In this document: positions 27,102 to 36,787 of the stretch, one piece after another | How the letters are laid out: each line of letters starts with the position of its first letter | Numbering within the stretch: position 1 is the first letter of the stretch | Source: an uncultured bacterium | GTDB lineage: Bacteria > Elusimicrobiota > Elusimicrobia > Elusimicrobiales > Elusimicrobiaceae | DNA: 64,000 nucleotides | Reading direction: 5' to 3' | NCBI GenBank assembly: GCA_949291515.1 | Contig: CASEVY010000013.1 | Coordinates: 16,389-80,388, forward strand | Made by a program: the position numbers and the translations under genes | Notes under the pieces: generated by a model | The model's database searches: none | The model's input: only the letters and a program-made list of their open reading frames with translations | What the model was told of the DNA's origin: nothing

Positions 27102-28856
27102 TTATTTAAGCAATGCGCGTATATCCTCGGCGATAGCTTCCGGCGTTATACCGTTCTTCTTTAACAGCTCTTCGGCGTTGAAACGATCATAAAATTCCTT
27201 ACTAAAGCCGTAATTTAACACCTTAAGCGAAGAACCGCCGTAAAACCTTGTTACCTTCTCGCCAAAGCCGCCGTCAAGAATGCCGTCCTCCAATGTTACA
27301 ACGATTTTATGATCCGATTTTAACTCTTCAAGCAACAATTCGTCCAATCCGCTGATATAATACGGTTTTATCAAGGTAGGCTTTACGCCAGTCTTTGCCT
27401 CTATCTCTTTGCACGCCCGCTCGCCCAAGCCGTAAAAACTGCCCAAAGCCAATACCGCAACGTCTTTACCTTTTTGCTCCACACCGTAGCGGTTCAAAAC
27501 GCCCCAGTCGCGCTCTAGCGCCTGAGCGCCGCTTATCACTTCCACCGGCACTCTTATCGCCACCGGATATTCACGCTGCTTAAGCGACCAATCCAACATT
27601 GAAAAATATTCTTCCTTAGTTACCGGCGCCAAATACACCATATTGGGAATATTGGACAGTAAAGGTATATCGTATATACCCAAGTGCGTAACGTCGTTCA
27701 TCGCGTATATGGAAGCCCAAAAGTTCAAAATAACCGCGGGGTTTTTATTGATGCACAAGTCTTGGGAAAGCTGGTCGAAAGTCCTCTGTACAAACGTGCT
27801 GTATACCCCCCATACCGCCTTGCCGCCGCCGCACGCCACGCCCGAAGAAAGCGCGACGGCCGTTTCTTCCGCTATGCCGACGTCTACAAACTGCGCACCC
27901 GCCGCTTTGCGTTTTTCGGAGTTAAAGCCGAATACCGCAGGCGTACCCGAAGTCACCGCGACAAGCGTTTTATCCTCTTTCATCTTCTTAAGCAGATAAT
28001 CCGCCGTCATTGAGGCATAATCTTCCCCGCCTGCGCCAATCAAACTCTTGCCGTTTTCAATATTAAAAGGAGCGCAATAATGCCAAAACTCTTTGTTTTC
28101 TTCCGCGGGGGCATATCCTTTGCCCTTCTCCGTACAAATGTGTACGACTACGGCTTTCTTTACGTCCTTTACGCTCTTAAACGCTTCTATTAAAGAGTTT
28201 ATATCGTTGCCGTCCTTTACAAATACATACTCAAGCCCGAAAGCCTTAAATATATTGCGCTCGGATTTGCCGTCCGTTTCCCGTAAAAGTTTAAGATTTT
28301 CGTAGAGGCCGCCGTGGTTTTCCGCTATCGACATATCATTATCGTTCACCACTATTATAAGATTGCTCTTAAGCTCGGGGGCATAATCCAGCCCTTCCAA
28401 AGCCTCGCCCCCGCTTAAAGAGCCGTCCCCTATTACCGCTATCACATTCCCGCTTTCCCCCTTTAAATCGCGCGCCTTCGCCAAGCCGCAGGCCAAGCTG
28501 ACGGAAGTAGACGTATGCCCAATGGTAAAAAAGTCGTGCTCGCTTTCCTTGGGGTTGGAATAACCCGATACGTCGCCGTAGTGCTCCTCATACAAAAAAG
28601 CGTCTTTGCGCCCAGTAAGCATTTTGTGGGCGTAGCTTTGGTGCGATACGTCAAAAACGATTTTGTCTTTCGGCGAATCAAATACATAATGCAAGGCTAT
28701 CGTCGCCTCAACCATACCCAAGTTAGGCCCGAAATGCCCGCCCCTCTTGCTAAGTTTCCCAATCAAAGCCGCCCTAATCTCGGAGGCTAATACTTTCAAA
28801 GCCTCTTTATCAAGTTTCTTTACGTCGCAAGGATTTTTTATTTGCTCTATATACAT
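27102..28856 (-). CDS. dxs: 1-deoxy-D-xylulose-5-phosphate synthase (transketolase superfamily)
   Basis: GGHFGPNLGMVEATIALHYVF, DVSHQSYAHKMLTGR, and the TPP motif GDGSLSGGEALEGLD...NDN. Start 28856 follows an AGGAGA RBS. Confidence 0.75.
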   Translation of the reverse strand: MYIEQIKNPCDVKKLDKEALKVLASEIRAALIGKLSKRGGHFGPNLGMVEATIALHYVFDSPKDKIVFDVSHQSYAHKMLTGRKDAFLYEEHYGDVSGYSNPKESEHDFFTIGHTSTSVSLACGLAKARDLKGESGNVIAVIGDGSLSGGEALEGLDYAPELKSNLIIVVNDNDMSIAENHGGLYENLKLLRETDGKSERNIFKAFGLEYVFVKDGNDINSLIEAFKSVKDVKKAVVVHICTEKGKGYAPAEENKEFWHYCAPFNIENGKSLIGAGGEDYASMTADYLLKKMKEDKTLVAVTSGTPAVFGFNSEKRKAAGAQFVDVGIAEETAVALSSGVACGGGKAVWGVYSTFVQRTFDQLSQDLCINKNPAVILNFWASIYAMNDVTHLGIYDIPLLSNIPNMVYLAPVTKEEYFSMLDWSLKQREYPVAIRVPVEVISGAQALERDWGVLNRYGVEQKGKDVAVLALGSFYGLGERACKEIEAKTGVKPTLIKPYYISGLDELLLEELKSDHKIVVTLEDGILDGGFGEKVTRFYGGSSLKVLNYGFSKEFYDRFNAEELLKKNGITPEAIAEDIRALLK

Positions 28857-29040
28857 TTCTATTTCTCCTTTAATCAAGCATAATAATGCTCTTGCGTTTT
28901 ATAAATACGCAGAAGATCTATAATATTATTGTATCAGCTGGAGTTTGCTCCAAGTCAAGATAAAAAATTGATTAGATGTATCATTAACCCGATTTTTTTA
29001 TAAAATATAAAAAAGGTTAAATTAAAAAGGAGCAAAAAAT

Positions 29041-29370
29041 ATGAAAAAGACTACACCGTTCCTGTTTATAATCACGCTGTCTGCCGTAATTTGCGCTTTC
29101 GCGTTTGCCGGCTGCTCTGCGTCCCAAACAACGACGGCAAAAACAAATACGATGACTTTGGACGAAGCCTTACAAAAATCTGCCGAAACCAGACAGAAAA
29201 TCAACGACATTAAAGAGGCTTACAATACCGCCAAAGAAGCTGATAACGCGACAAACGCCTCGGCTTCGACTTTAGACGCCGCCAAAGCGGCCGCACAGGA
29301 GAAAATAGACTCCGTAAAGCAGCAGATTGAAGACGAAAAAAAGGCTTGGAAAGAAACCCTTTCCAATTAA
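29041..29370 (+). CDS. Small coiled-coil lipoprotein, function unknown
   Basis: Lipobox FAGC after a hydrophobic signal. The mature part is Ala/Lys/Glu-rich. RBS AAGGAG upstream and terminator downstream. Confidence 0.6.
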   Translation: MKKTTPFLFIITLSAVICAFAFAGCSASQTTTAKTNTMTLDEALQKSAETRQKINDIKEAYNTAKEADNATNASASTLDAAKAAAQEKIDSVKQQIEDEKKAWKETLSN

Positions 29371-29384
29371 CCCTTTTGAGCTCG

Positions 29385-29419
29385 AAAAAAGCGGTTCTCA
29401 TTAGAGAGCCGCTTTTTTT
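29385..29419 (+). terminator. Rho-independent terminator
   Basis: GCGGTTCTC-atta-GAGAGCCGC followed by TTTTTTT. Confidence 0.75.
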
Positions 29420-29696
29420 ATTCCGCCATAATACTATTTATATCCCGTTGATATTACATCAAATTTCTTTACGGACTGCATAACTGCGCAATATAATATT
29501 TGTCCCCCTTTTTGCGCCAATTCCCTTCTGCGATAATGAATTTTCGGATAATTATTCTCAACCGCAATTTACCCCTTACGACCATTTAAAATAGCTGCAG
29601 CTTAAATGCAATCATAAACCGAGTTTAATCCCCCTCTTTTTGCAAAACAGATATAATACAGCCATCAACTGCCCGCAATTCAAGCTCATTTCCTTA

Positions 29697-29732
29697 AATA
29701 AAAAAGCCCCGCACTTTCACGTACGGGGCTTT
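29697..29732 (-). terminator. Terminator of the aminotransferase-pckA-SWIB transcription unit
   Basis: Minus strand reads AGCCCCG-tacgtgaaagtg-CGGGGCT followed by a T-run. Confidence 0.7.
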
Positions 29733-29753
29733 AAATGCTTTAACGCTCTTTGC

Positions 29754-30008
29754 CTATTTAAGATGTTTGCCTACCAGGCCGGCCATCTCGAACATGCTGA
29801 TCTGCGTTTTGCCGCCGAATATCGGCTTCAATACGTCATCGGCATTTATCATTCTCTTGTTGGCCTTGTCCTGAAGGTTATGCTTCTTAATATAGTCCCA
29901 AAGTTTCTTGACCACTTCGGTTCTGGGGAGCGGGGCCGCTCCGGTTACCTTAGCAAGCTCGGCACTCGGGGTTAAAGGCGCCATAAATTTTGCATTTGCT
30001 TTTGCCAT
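29754..30008 (-). CDS. SWIB/MDM2 domain protein
   Basis: The PRTEVVKKLWDYIKKHNLQDKANKRMINADDVLKPIFGGKTQISMFEMAGLVGKHL pattern matches the SWIB domain. Start 30008 follows an AGGAGA RBS. Confidence 0.8.
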   Translation of the reverse strand: MAKANAKFMAPLTPSAELAKVTGAAPLPRTEVVKKLWDYIKKHNLQDKANKRMINADDVLKPIFGGKTQISMFEMAGLVGKHLK

Positions 30009-30024
30009 TGTTTTATCTCCTATA

Positions 30025-31647
30025 TTATTTAACAAGCTCTTCCACTTTGGGAGCCGCGTTTAAAATTTCTTCGCTGCAGCCTTCTTTGAACTTCTCGAAG
30101 TTCTTTACGAAAGCGGCCGCGAGTTCTCTGTACTTCTTATAGTACTCGTTCTTATCGGACCAAGCGGCCGAAGGCTGCAATATTTCAGAAGGTACGCCTT
30201 CGCACTCGGTCGGGATTTCAAAGCCGAATACGTCGTCTTTTACGAACTTGACGTCGTTAAGTTTGCCGTCCAAAGCCGCGTTAAGCAAGGCCCTGGTATG
30301 CTTAATGCTTATTCTGCTGCCCACGCCGTAAGGCCCGCCGACCAAACCGGTGTTTACCAGCCAGCATTTGGCATTGTGTTTTTCCATCTTCTCTTTCAAG
30401 AGTTCGGCATATTTGGAAGGATGCAAAGCCATAAACGGCCCGCCGAAGCAGGTGCTGAAAGTCGGCTGAGGTTCCTTTACGCCTTTTTCAGTGCCCGCTA
30501 CTTTGGCGGTATATCCGCTCATAAACTGATACATCGCCTGTTCCTTGGAAAGCCTTGATATCGGCGGCAATACGCCGAAAGCGTCGTACGTAAGGAAGAT
30601 GATGTTCTTCGGGTGGGGTCCGCGTTCGCTGGGTACCGCATTGTCAATGAAGGTTAAAGGATAGGAAGCGCGGGTGTTTTCCGTTATTTCGGCGCTGTCC
30701 AAGTCCAATTTTCTGGTATTGTCGTCGAATACTACGTTCTCCAAAATCGTACCGAAGCGGTGCGTCGTGGAGAATATCTGCGGTTCGGCTTCTTTGGACA
30801 ATTTGATTACTTTAGCATAGCAGCCGCCTTCAAAGTTGAATACGCCGTCATTGTCCCAGCCGTGCTCGTCGTCGCCGATAAGACCGCGTTTGGGATCGGC
30901 CGAAAGCGTCGTCTTGCCCGTACCGGAAAGACCGAAGAACAAAGCGCTGTCGCCGTTAGGACCAACGTTCGCGGAGCAGTGCATCGTCATAATATTCTTG
31001 AGCGGCAACATATAGTTCATTACCGTAAATACCGATTTCTTCGATTCGCCGGCATAGGCTGAACCCGCTATCAATACCACTCTCTTTTTAAAGTTGATCA
31101 GTATCGCCGTTTCCGAAGCCGTACCGTCAGTGGCGGGATCGGCTTTAAGACCCGGCAAAAACACTACCGTGAACTGAGGGATAATCTTCGTCCTTTCTTC
31201 AGCTTTAGGCTCAATAAACATATTCTTGGCGAATATATTGTGCCAAGCGCATTCGTTGATTACTCTGATAGGCATTCTGGAGGCTTCCGCGCTGCCGACG
31301 TACGCGTCGCGTACGAACAAGTCGATGCCTTCCATATATTTAAGGGCTTTGTTAAAAAGGCTGTCAAAATGTTCTTCGCTTATGCCTTTGTTGCCCTTAT
31401 GCCACCAAAGCGTATTTTTTACGTCTTCGGTTTCCACGAAAAATCTGTCGTTGGGAGCGCGGCCCGTAAGTTTGCCAGTCGTTACCGTTAAGGCGCCGCC
31501 GTCGGTTATATTGCCTTCTCCCTTCTCAAGAGCCTTTTCGTAAAGCTCTTCAACCGTTAGGTTCCAATATACGGTTTTGTTCGTCTTTATTCCCAATTTA
31601 TCAAGACCGTATTCGCTCTGATAAGCTGTAGGGTTTATTTTTTTCAT
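30025..31647 (-). CDS. pckA: Phosphoenolpyruvate carboxykinase (ATP)
   Basis: Kinase-1a motif GLSGTGKTTLS and overall PckA-type sequence. I prefer ATG 31647 over the TTG at 31656. Confidence 0.9.
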   Translation of the reverse strand: MKKINPTAYQSEYGLDKLGIKTNKTVYWNLTVEELYEKALEKGEGNITDGGALTVTTGKLTGRAPNDRFFVETEDVKNTLWWHKGNKGISEEHFDSLFNKALKYMEGIDLFVRDAYVGSAEASRMPIRVINECAWHNIFAKNMFIEPKAEERTKIIPQFTVVFLPGLKADPATDGTASETAILINFKKRVVLIAGSAYAGESKKSVFTVMNYMLPLKNIMTMHCSANVGPNGDSALFFGLSGTGKTTLSADPKRGLIGDDEHGWDNDGVFNFEGGCYAKVIKLSKEAEPQIFSTTHRFGTILENVVFDDNTRKLDLDSAEITENTRASYPLTFIDNAVPSERGPHPKNIIFLTYDAFGVLPPISRLSKEQAMYQFMSGYTAKVAGTEKGVKEPQPTFSTCFGGPFMALHPSKYAELLKEKMEKHNAKCWLVNTGLVGGPYGVGSRISIKHTRALLNAALDGKLNDVKFVKDDVFGFEIPTECEGVPSEILQPSAAWSDKNEYYKKYRELAAAFVKNFEKFKEGCSEEILNAAPKVEELVK

Positions 31648-31649
31648 CT

Positions 31650-32855
31650 TTACCAATCCTTTTTTACAATTTTATCGCCGATTTTTATCTCGGCAGGTGC
31701 GGCCTTGTCCAAAGCCCACCTTATCCTTCTTAAACCTTCTATAATATTTTCCTCGGCGGCACAGTAGCTTATCCTTAAGTACCCGTCCAGCCCGAACGAT
31801 ACGCCCGGAACCGTCGCCACCATTACCTTATCAAGCAGAAACGCCGATAATGCCAACGAGTCTTTATTATAGCGGCTGAAATCAGCAAAACAATAGAACG
31901 TGCCTTTCGGCGCGAGAACTTTCACGCCTTCTATCTTGGAAAGCTCGCTTAAAAGCGTGTTTCTATTATTTTCCAAAATTTTGCGCAGTTCGTCTACAAC
32001 TTCTTGACTGCCCTGCAATGCGCCCAAGGCGCCCGCTTCCGACAGCGCGCTGTTGCACGATGTCGTCTGCGCCTGCATGCGGCCCATAGCCGCTATCACT
32101 TCTTTATTGGTCGATACCGCCCAGCCTATCCTCAGCCCCGTAAGACCGTAGAGCTTCGACACACCGTTTATCGCTACTATATTATCCGCATTGTCCGTAT
32201 AGTCAAACGGGCTGGGCGCCTTTGCTCCGTCAAAAACCAACTGATGATATATATCGTCCGTCATCAGCCAGATATTCTTGCGGCGGCAAAGTTCAACCGT
32301 CTTCTTTATAAAATCCGCGCCAAACAAAACTCCCGCCGGATTGCTCGGGCTGTTTAGCATTATCGCTTTCGTCTTTTCCGTTACCGCGTTCTCAAGCTCC
32401 TCGAAAGTTATCTCTATACCTTCTTTGGGCTTTACCGCCACGGGTACGCCTCCCACAAGTTTTATCATATCCGGATAACTTACCCAATACGGCACGGGAA
32501 AGACGACTTCGTCGCCTTTGTTTACCACGCTCAAGAGAAAATTATATATAGCCTGCTTCGCGCCCGAAGATATAATAATATTCTTATTATCTATATCTAT
32601 ACCGTAATGCTCCTTGGTATAGCGCGCGACAGCTTCCTTAAGTTCCGCGCTGCCGGCAGTAGGCGAATATTTTATCTTGCGGCTTTGCGCTTTCTTTACG
32701 ATTGCGTCAACCGCGCTTAACGGCGCAGGTATCTCCGGCTCGCCGCCGCCCAAATGGACAACGGGTAAGCCTTCCTTCTTTAATGCGGCCGTTTTTGCGT
32801 TTAATTTAAGAGTAGGCGAATCGCCTATCGTTGAAGATAAATTGCTAAGTTCCAT
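31650..32855 (-). CDS. Pyridoxal-phosphate-dependent aminotransferase (class I, AspC-like)
   Basis: PLP-lysine motif NGVSKLYGLTGLRIGW and HLGGGEP near the N-terminus. Start 32855 follows the strong RBS GGAGAGGGAG. Confidence 0.85.
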   Translation of the reverse strand: MELSNLSSTIGDSPTLKLNAKTAALKKEGLPVVHLGGGEPEIPAPLSAVDAIVKKAQSRKIKYSPTAGSAELKEAVARYTKEHYGIDIDNKNIIISSGAKQAIYNFLLSVVNKGDEVVFPVPYWVSYPDMIKLVGGVPVAVKPKEGIEITFEELENAVTEKTKAIMLNSPSNPAGVLFGADFIKKTVELCRRKNIWLMTDDIYHQLVFDGAKAPSPFDYTDNADNIVAINGVSKLYGLTGLRIGWAVSTNKEVIAAMGRMQAQTTSCNSALSEAGALGALQGSQEVVDELRKILENNRNTLLSELSKIEGVKVLAPKGTFYCFADFSRYNKDSLALSAFLLDKVMVATVPGVSFGLDGYLRISYCAAEENIIEGLRRIRWALDKAAPAEIKIGDKIVKKDW

Positions 32856-33002
32856 TTCTCCCTCTCCATACATTATACCTTTATTGTCCGCCCTTTTTAA
32901 CACCCAAAGAACTAATCGCCAAAAATACCCGTTTTATGGACTATAATCCTTTTTTTACACTGCTTTTTCCGCACCTTTTGAACAAATATATATAATTGTC
33001 TT

Positions 33003-33713
33003 ATGAAATGGAACCCTTGGCACGGCTGCCGCAAATATTCTGAAGGCTGCCTTAATTGTTATGTCTACCGCATAGATTCAAAACACGGAAAAGACAGTTC
33101 CTTAATAGTTAAAAATAAGGACTTCGATTTGCCTCTCAAAAAAAGCCGCGGCGGCAATTTTAAAATACCTTCCGGCGAAACGGTTTACACCTGTTTCAGT
33201 TCGGACTTCTTTCTCCAAGAGGCCGACCAATGGCGCGACGAGGCTTGGCGTATGATTAAATTGCGAGCGGACCTTCACTTTTTTATGACCACCAAACGAA
33301 TACTGCGCCTGTCCGATATGTTCCCCCCGGATTGGCAGGAGGGATATCCAAACGTAACTATCGCCTGCACCGTGGAAAATCAAAAACGGGCCGACGAACG
33401 CCTGCCCGTTTACGTAAAACTGCCGATAAAAAATAAAATCATTATTTGCGAACCGATGCTGGGCGCAATAAATCTGCGCCCCTACCTTTCCGCGCAAATT
33501 GAAGAGGTCATCGCCGGCGGAGAATCCGGCCCCAATGCCAGAGCGGCTAATTTCGACTGGTTCCTCGATTTATCCGCCCAGTGCAAAGAAGCGAATGTGC
33601 CTTTCAAATTCAAACAGACCGGCGCCAATTTCGTTAAGGACGGAAAACTCTATAAAATCCCCCGCCGCCTTCAGCATATACAAGCCCAAAAAGCAAATAT
33701 AGATTTTTACTGA
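33003..33713 (+). CDS. DUF5131 (phage Gp37/Gp68-like) family protein
   Basis: N-terminus MKWNPWHGCRKYSEGCLNCY is characteristic of this family. Confidence 0.7.
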   Translation: MKWNPWHGCRKYSEGCLNCYVYRIDSKHGKDSSLIVKNKDFDLPLKKSRGGNFKIPSGETVYTCFSSDFFLQEADQWRDEAWRMIKLRADLHFFMTTKRILRLSDMFPPDWQEGYPNVTIACTVENQKRADERLPVYVKLPIKNKIIICEPMLGAINLRPYLSAQIEEVIAGGESGPNARAANFDWFLDLSAQCKEANVPFKFKQTGANFVKDGKLYKIPRRLQHIQAQKANIDFY

Positions 33714-35005
33714 TCCAAAAATTCAGCCTTATCGGCCGCGGCTATGTAGGAATCGGCCTCCCTAAGCTGCTTGATTTTATAGCAAAGCGGTATCACCGCG
33801 AAAGAGATAAGGCTCATTACGCTGACAAGCAGGAAAAATTCCTTATATCCCAAAACCACCTGCAATTTGCCGCTTATCATATTGGGTATCATCATTCCAA
33901 ACGCCATTATCCCCGTAGATATGGCGTAAAAAGAAGTCTTGTATTTCCCCTGCGAAACAAACATCACAAATACCGTAAATGCCATCATCGCAAGGCCGTT
34001 GCCGAAGTTCTCCAAAACAAGCAAAGTCCCTATAACCCACAGATCGGGCCGAAAATACGCCATATACGCGTAAAAGAAATTGGGCAAAACAAGTATCAAG
34101 GCAAAATAGCATATACACCGCCTAAATCCATACCTTGATAATATATATCCGCCCAATATATTGCCCGCTATCACCGCCAAAAGCCCCAAAGTGCCTTTGA
34201 TGTAGCCAAAAGCCTCGGTGCTTAAAGCCAAAGCCCCTTCCGCCTCCGGCTTTAAAAGGAAAGGCACCACCACTTTTTCCAGACACGCGTCCCCAAAACG
34301 ATACAGCAGTATGAAAAGTAAAATATATACTATATTCTCCTGCTTAAAGTAACTCTTGAATACGTCGGCAAACAGATAGCCTCTTTCCAGTACCGCCGCC
34401 TTATCGCCCTGCGGTTTGGGCAATATTACCTTATGATAAGTCGTCACCAAAAAAGTAAAAGCGGCCAATGCGCATAAGACCATACTCCAAGCCGAAGCCT
34501 CGCTGTCGCCCAAAGCCCTAGCCTTGCCCGCCAATACCACCAAAGGCCCGCTGATAAATATCATAGCGAACCTGTAAAACACCGTGCGCCAGCCTACAAA
34601 TTCGCTTTGGCGCTTGCCGTCAAGCGCTATCATATAATAGCCGTCAAGCGCGATGTCGTGCGTCGCCGATATCGCCGCGCCCGCGAAAAAACCTATTATG
34701 GAAAAAGTAAAGAAATTATCCCACTTCAAACAAAGCGCCAAAAATAAAAAGACCAAAGCCAAAGCGTACTGCGTGGCAAGTATCCAAAAACGCTTCGTCG
34801 CGCTGCCCTCAACCAAAGGCGACCAAAACATCTTTAAAGCCCATGGCAGATATAGCCAGCTCGTCCAAAAGATAAATACGTCGTTGGAAACCCCCATTTT
34901 GGAATAGATAACTGCGGAAAGTATGTTGATTACGGCATAGGGCACACCTTCCATAAAATACGTCGTAGGTATATACGCCCAAGGCGAAATATTCTTTAAA
35001 TTCAT
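33707..35005 (-). CDS. MFS transporter, AmpG-like (muropeptide permease family)
   Basis: Twelve-plus TM segments and the motif LYLPWALKMFWSPLVE, typical of AmpG. Start 35005 follows GGAG. Confidence 0.7.
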   Translation of the reverse strand: MNLKNISPWAYIPTTYFMEGVPYAVINILSAVIYSKMGVSNDVFIFWTSWLYLPWALKMFWSPLVEGSATKRFWILATQYALALVFLFLALCLKWDNFFTFSIIGFFAGAAISATHDIALDGYYMIALDGKRQSEFVGWRTVFYRFAMIFISGPLVVLAGKARALGDSEASAWSMVLCALAAFTFLVTTYHKVILPKPQGDKAAVLERGYLFADVFKSYFKQENIVYILLFILLYRFGDACLEKVVVPFLLKPEAEGALALSTEAFGYIKGTLGLLAVIAGNILGGYILSRYGFRRCICYFALILVLPNFFYAYMAYFRPDLWVIGTLLVLENFGNGLAMMAFTVFVMFVSQGKYKTSFYAISTGIMAFGMMIPNMISGKLQVVLGYKEFFLLVSVMSLISFAVIPLCYKIKQLREADSYIAAADKAEFLDQ

Positions 35006-35107
35006 ATACGCTCCAAGATACCGCTCTTTATGTGTTTTAGTATACAAAAAATATATTTTATATGTATAATCTCTGCTGGGGAAATATTTGACCGAAAGGA
35101 TATTCCG

Positions 35108-35746
35108 ATGAAATTAAAACTGATAAATAACTCAAGCGAAGATTTGATAATTTTCTTAAGCGGCTGGGGCTGCGACGATAATCAATTCAAAGATATGCGC
35201 AGCGCAAAAAACGTTTTGCTCTGCTGGGATTATTCCGACATAAATTTTGACTTCGACGCTTCCGCCTACAAAAATGTTTATTTGCTGGCTTATTCCGCGG
35301 GGGTCTTCGCCGCGGGGCTAATAAAAAACAAACTCCCCGCACTAAAACAAAAAACAGCCGTAAACGGCAATCCGCTGATTTTCGACGATTATTACGGTAT
35401 CCCGGAAAACGTTATAAAAGTTTTCAGGGGGCTTAATCTTTCAAATTATATGGACTTCAGGCGCGATTATCTGGTGGCCGGCGAGGAGGAATTGGAAGAT
35501 TTCAATAAAAATTCTTCTCTGCGGACTTTCGAAAGCTGTTTTGAGGAACTGGATAATCTGCAAAAACTCGCCGCGCGGGAATATCCCGTAATGGAGTTTG
35601 ACAAAGCAATAATCGCCGAGAAGGATAAAATATTCTCCCCCGCCAGACAAAAAGAATATTTCCGCGGAAAGTATAAAACCTTAAGCGATTGCGCCCATAA
35701 TGTGTTCTACCGCTTTAAGAACTTTGACGAAATACTCGATTTTTGA
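35108..35746 (+). CDS. DUF452 / BioG-like alpha-beta hydrolase
   Basis: LIIFLSGWGCDDNQF and YLLAYSAGV (nucleophile-elbow-like) resemble DUF452 pimeloyl-ACP methyl ester esterases. Start 35108 follows AAAGGA. Confidence 0.55.
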   Translation: MKLKLINNSSEDLIIFLSGWGCDDNQFKDMRSAKNVLLCWDYSDINFDFDASAYKNVYLLAYSAGVFAAGLIKNKLPALKQKTAVNGNPLIFDDYYGIPENVIKVFRGLNLSNYMDFRRDYLVAGEEELEDFNKNSSLRTFESCFEELDNLQKLAAREYPVMEFDKAIIAEKDKIFSPARQKEYFRGKYKTLSDCAHNVFYRFKNFDEILDF

Positions 35747-35806
35747 CGTTTGGCGCAAAGTTTATCTTCTTAAGCGGGCGGTAATTTTATATAATATATT
35801 GGAACT

Positions 35807-35891
35807 GGAGAGGTGTGTGAGTGGTTGAAACAGCAGGTCTCGAAAACCTGTGTACCGCAAGGTATCGAGGGTTCGAATCCCTCCCTCTCCG
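35807..35891 (+). tRNA. tRNA-Ser (anticodon CGA)
   Basis: Acceptor GGAGAGG/CCTCTCC, anticodon stem-loop CAGGT-CTCGAAA-ACCTG, long variable arm, and T-arm GAGGG-TTCGAAT-CCCTC. No encoded CCA. Confidence 0.9.
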
Positions 35892-36033
35892 TTTTTTTGT
35901 TGCCTTTTACCCTTATAACAGACATTTTTTTTCTATCGCCTTATTCGGATTGACATCGTATAATCAAAACAGATAAAATATAGGCTCTTACCGAAAGGTA
36001 GGATAATTAACATTTGAGATATCAGGAGAACTA

Positions 36034-36639
36034 ATGAAAAAGAAACTTACCATCGCGTTGTTGGCCGTATTTCTTTCCCCCTTGGCTTTTGCGCAAGGCA
36101 ATTGGGGCGTTGGAGTCAAGCTGGGAGCCGGGGAATCTGATCCTAAAACTTTGCAACAAGTTTTTGATAATGTCGGCGGCAAATTAACTAAAGGATACGG
36201 CCTTTTCGGTTTGGAAGCTCTATATGAAATGAATGTCGAAAATCAACATAAAGTGGGTGTAAAGCTCGGTCTTGACTTCTACGGCAACAACGAATATGAA
36301 AATAATTTTATATCCAAGATAACCGAGGAAACTTATGCCATCCCTCTTACCGTTTATTATAAATGGGACAATGGCGTAAAGAATTGGAGCTTCTTCGCGG
36401 GTGCGGGTGCCACCTATATGAAGGCCGAAATGGATAATGACACCGACAGCTACAACGAATCTAAAATATTTCCCCACATTACCGGCGGCGCGGAATATAG
36501 ATTTACCGAACTATTTGCTTTGGGTATTGACGTAAAATACAATTTCAACGCCAAACTTGAAAAGCATATAGAATCTATCGATTATAAAACCGACAGAAGC
36601 GGTATCAGCGGTGCTTTGGCTGCCCGTTTTTACTTCTAA
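36034..36639 (+). CDS. Outer-membrane beta-barrel protein (OmpW/OmpA-barrel-like)
   Basis: Signal peptide ending AFAQG, alternating amphipathic strands, and a C-terminal ARFYF (terminal Phe) typical of OMPs. Confidence 0.75.
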   Translation: MKKKLTIALLAVFLSPLAFAQGNWGVGVKLGAGESDPKTLQQVFDNVGGKLTKGYGLFGLEALYEMNVENQHKVGVKLGLDFYGNNEYENNFISKITEETYAIPLTVYYKWDNGVKNWSFFAGAGATYMKAEMDNDTDSYNESKIFPHITGGAEYRFTELFALGIDVKYNFNAKLEKHIESIDYKTDRSGISGALAARFYF

Positions 36640-36655
36640 TAAAAAAACAAAAAAC

Positions 36656-36689
36656 GAAAACCCTCGGCCAAAACCGAGGGTTTTTTATT
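36656..36689 (+). terminator. Rho-independent terminator
   Basis: AAAACCCTCGG-ccaaaa-CCGAGGGTTTT followed by TTATTT. Confidence 0.8.
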
Positions 36690-36787
36690 TCCTTATATAT
36701 CCTAGAGAAACAGCCCGCCTGTACGTTTTATCCGATTTTAAAATGCCCCCACTATAAAGCCCGCAGGCGAAATGTATTGACGGGAAA

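Noticed and set aside
33003-35891. Prophage or integrative-element remnant next to tRNA-Ser
   Set aside because: Apart from the DUF5131 gene there is no integrase, no direct repeat of the tRNA 3' end that I could find, and the intervening genes (an AmpG-like permease and a DUF452 hydrolase) are ordinary chromosomal functions.
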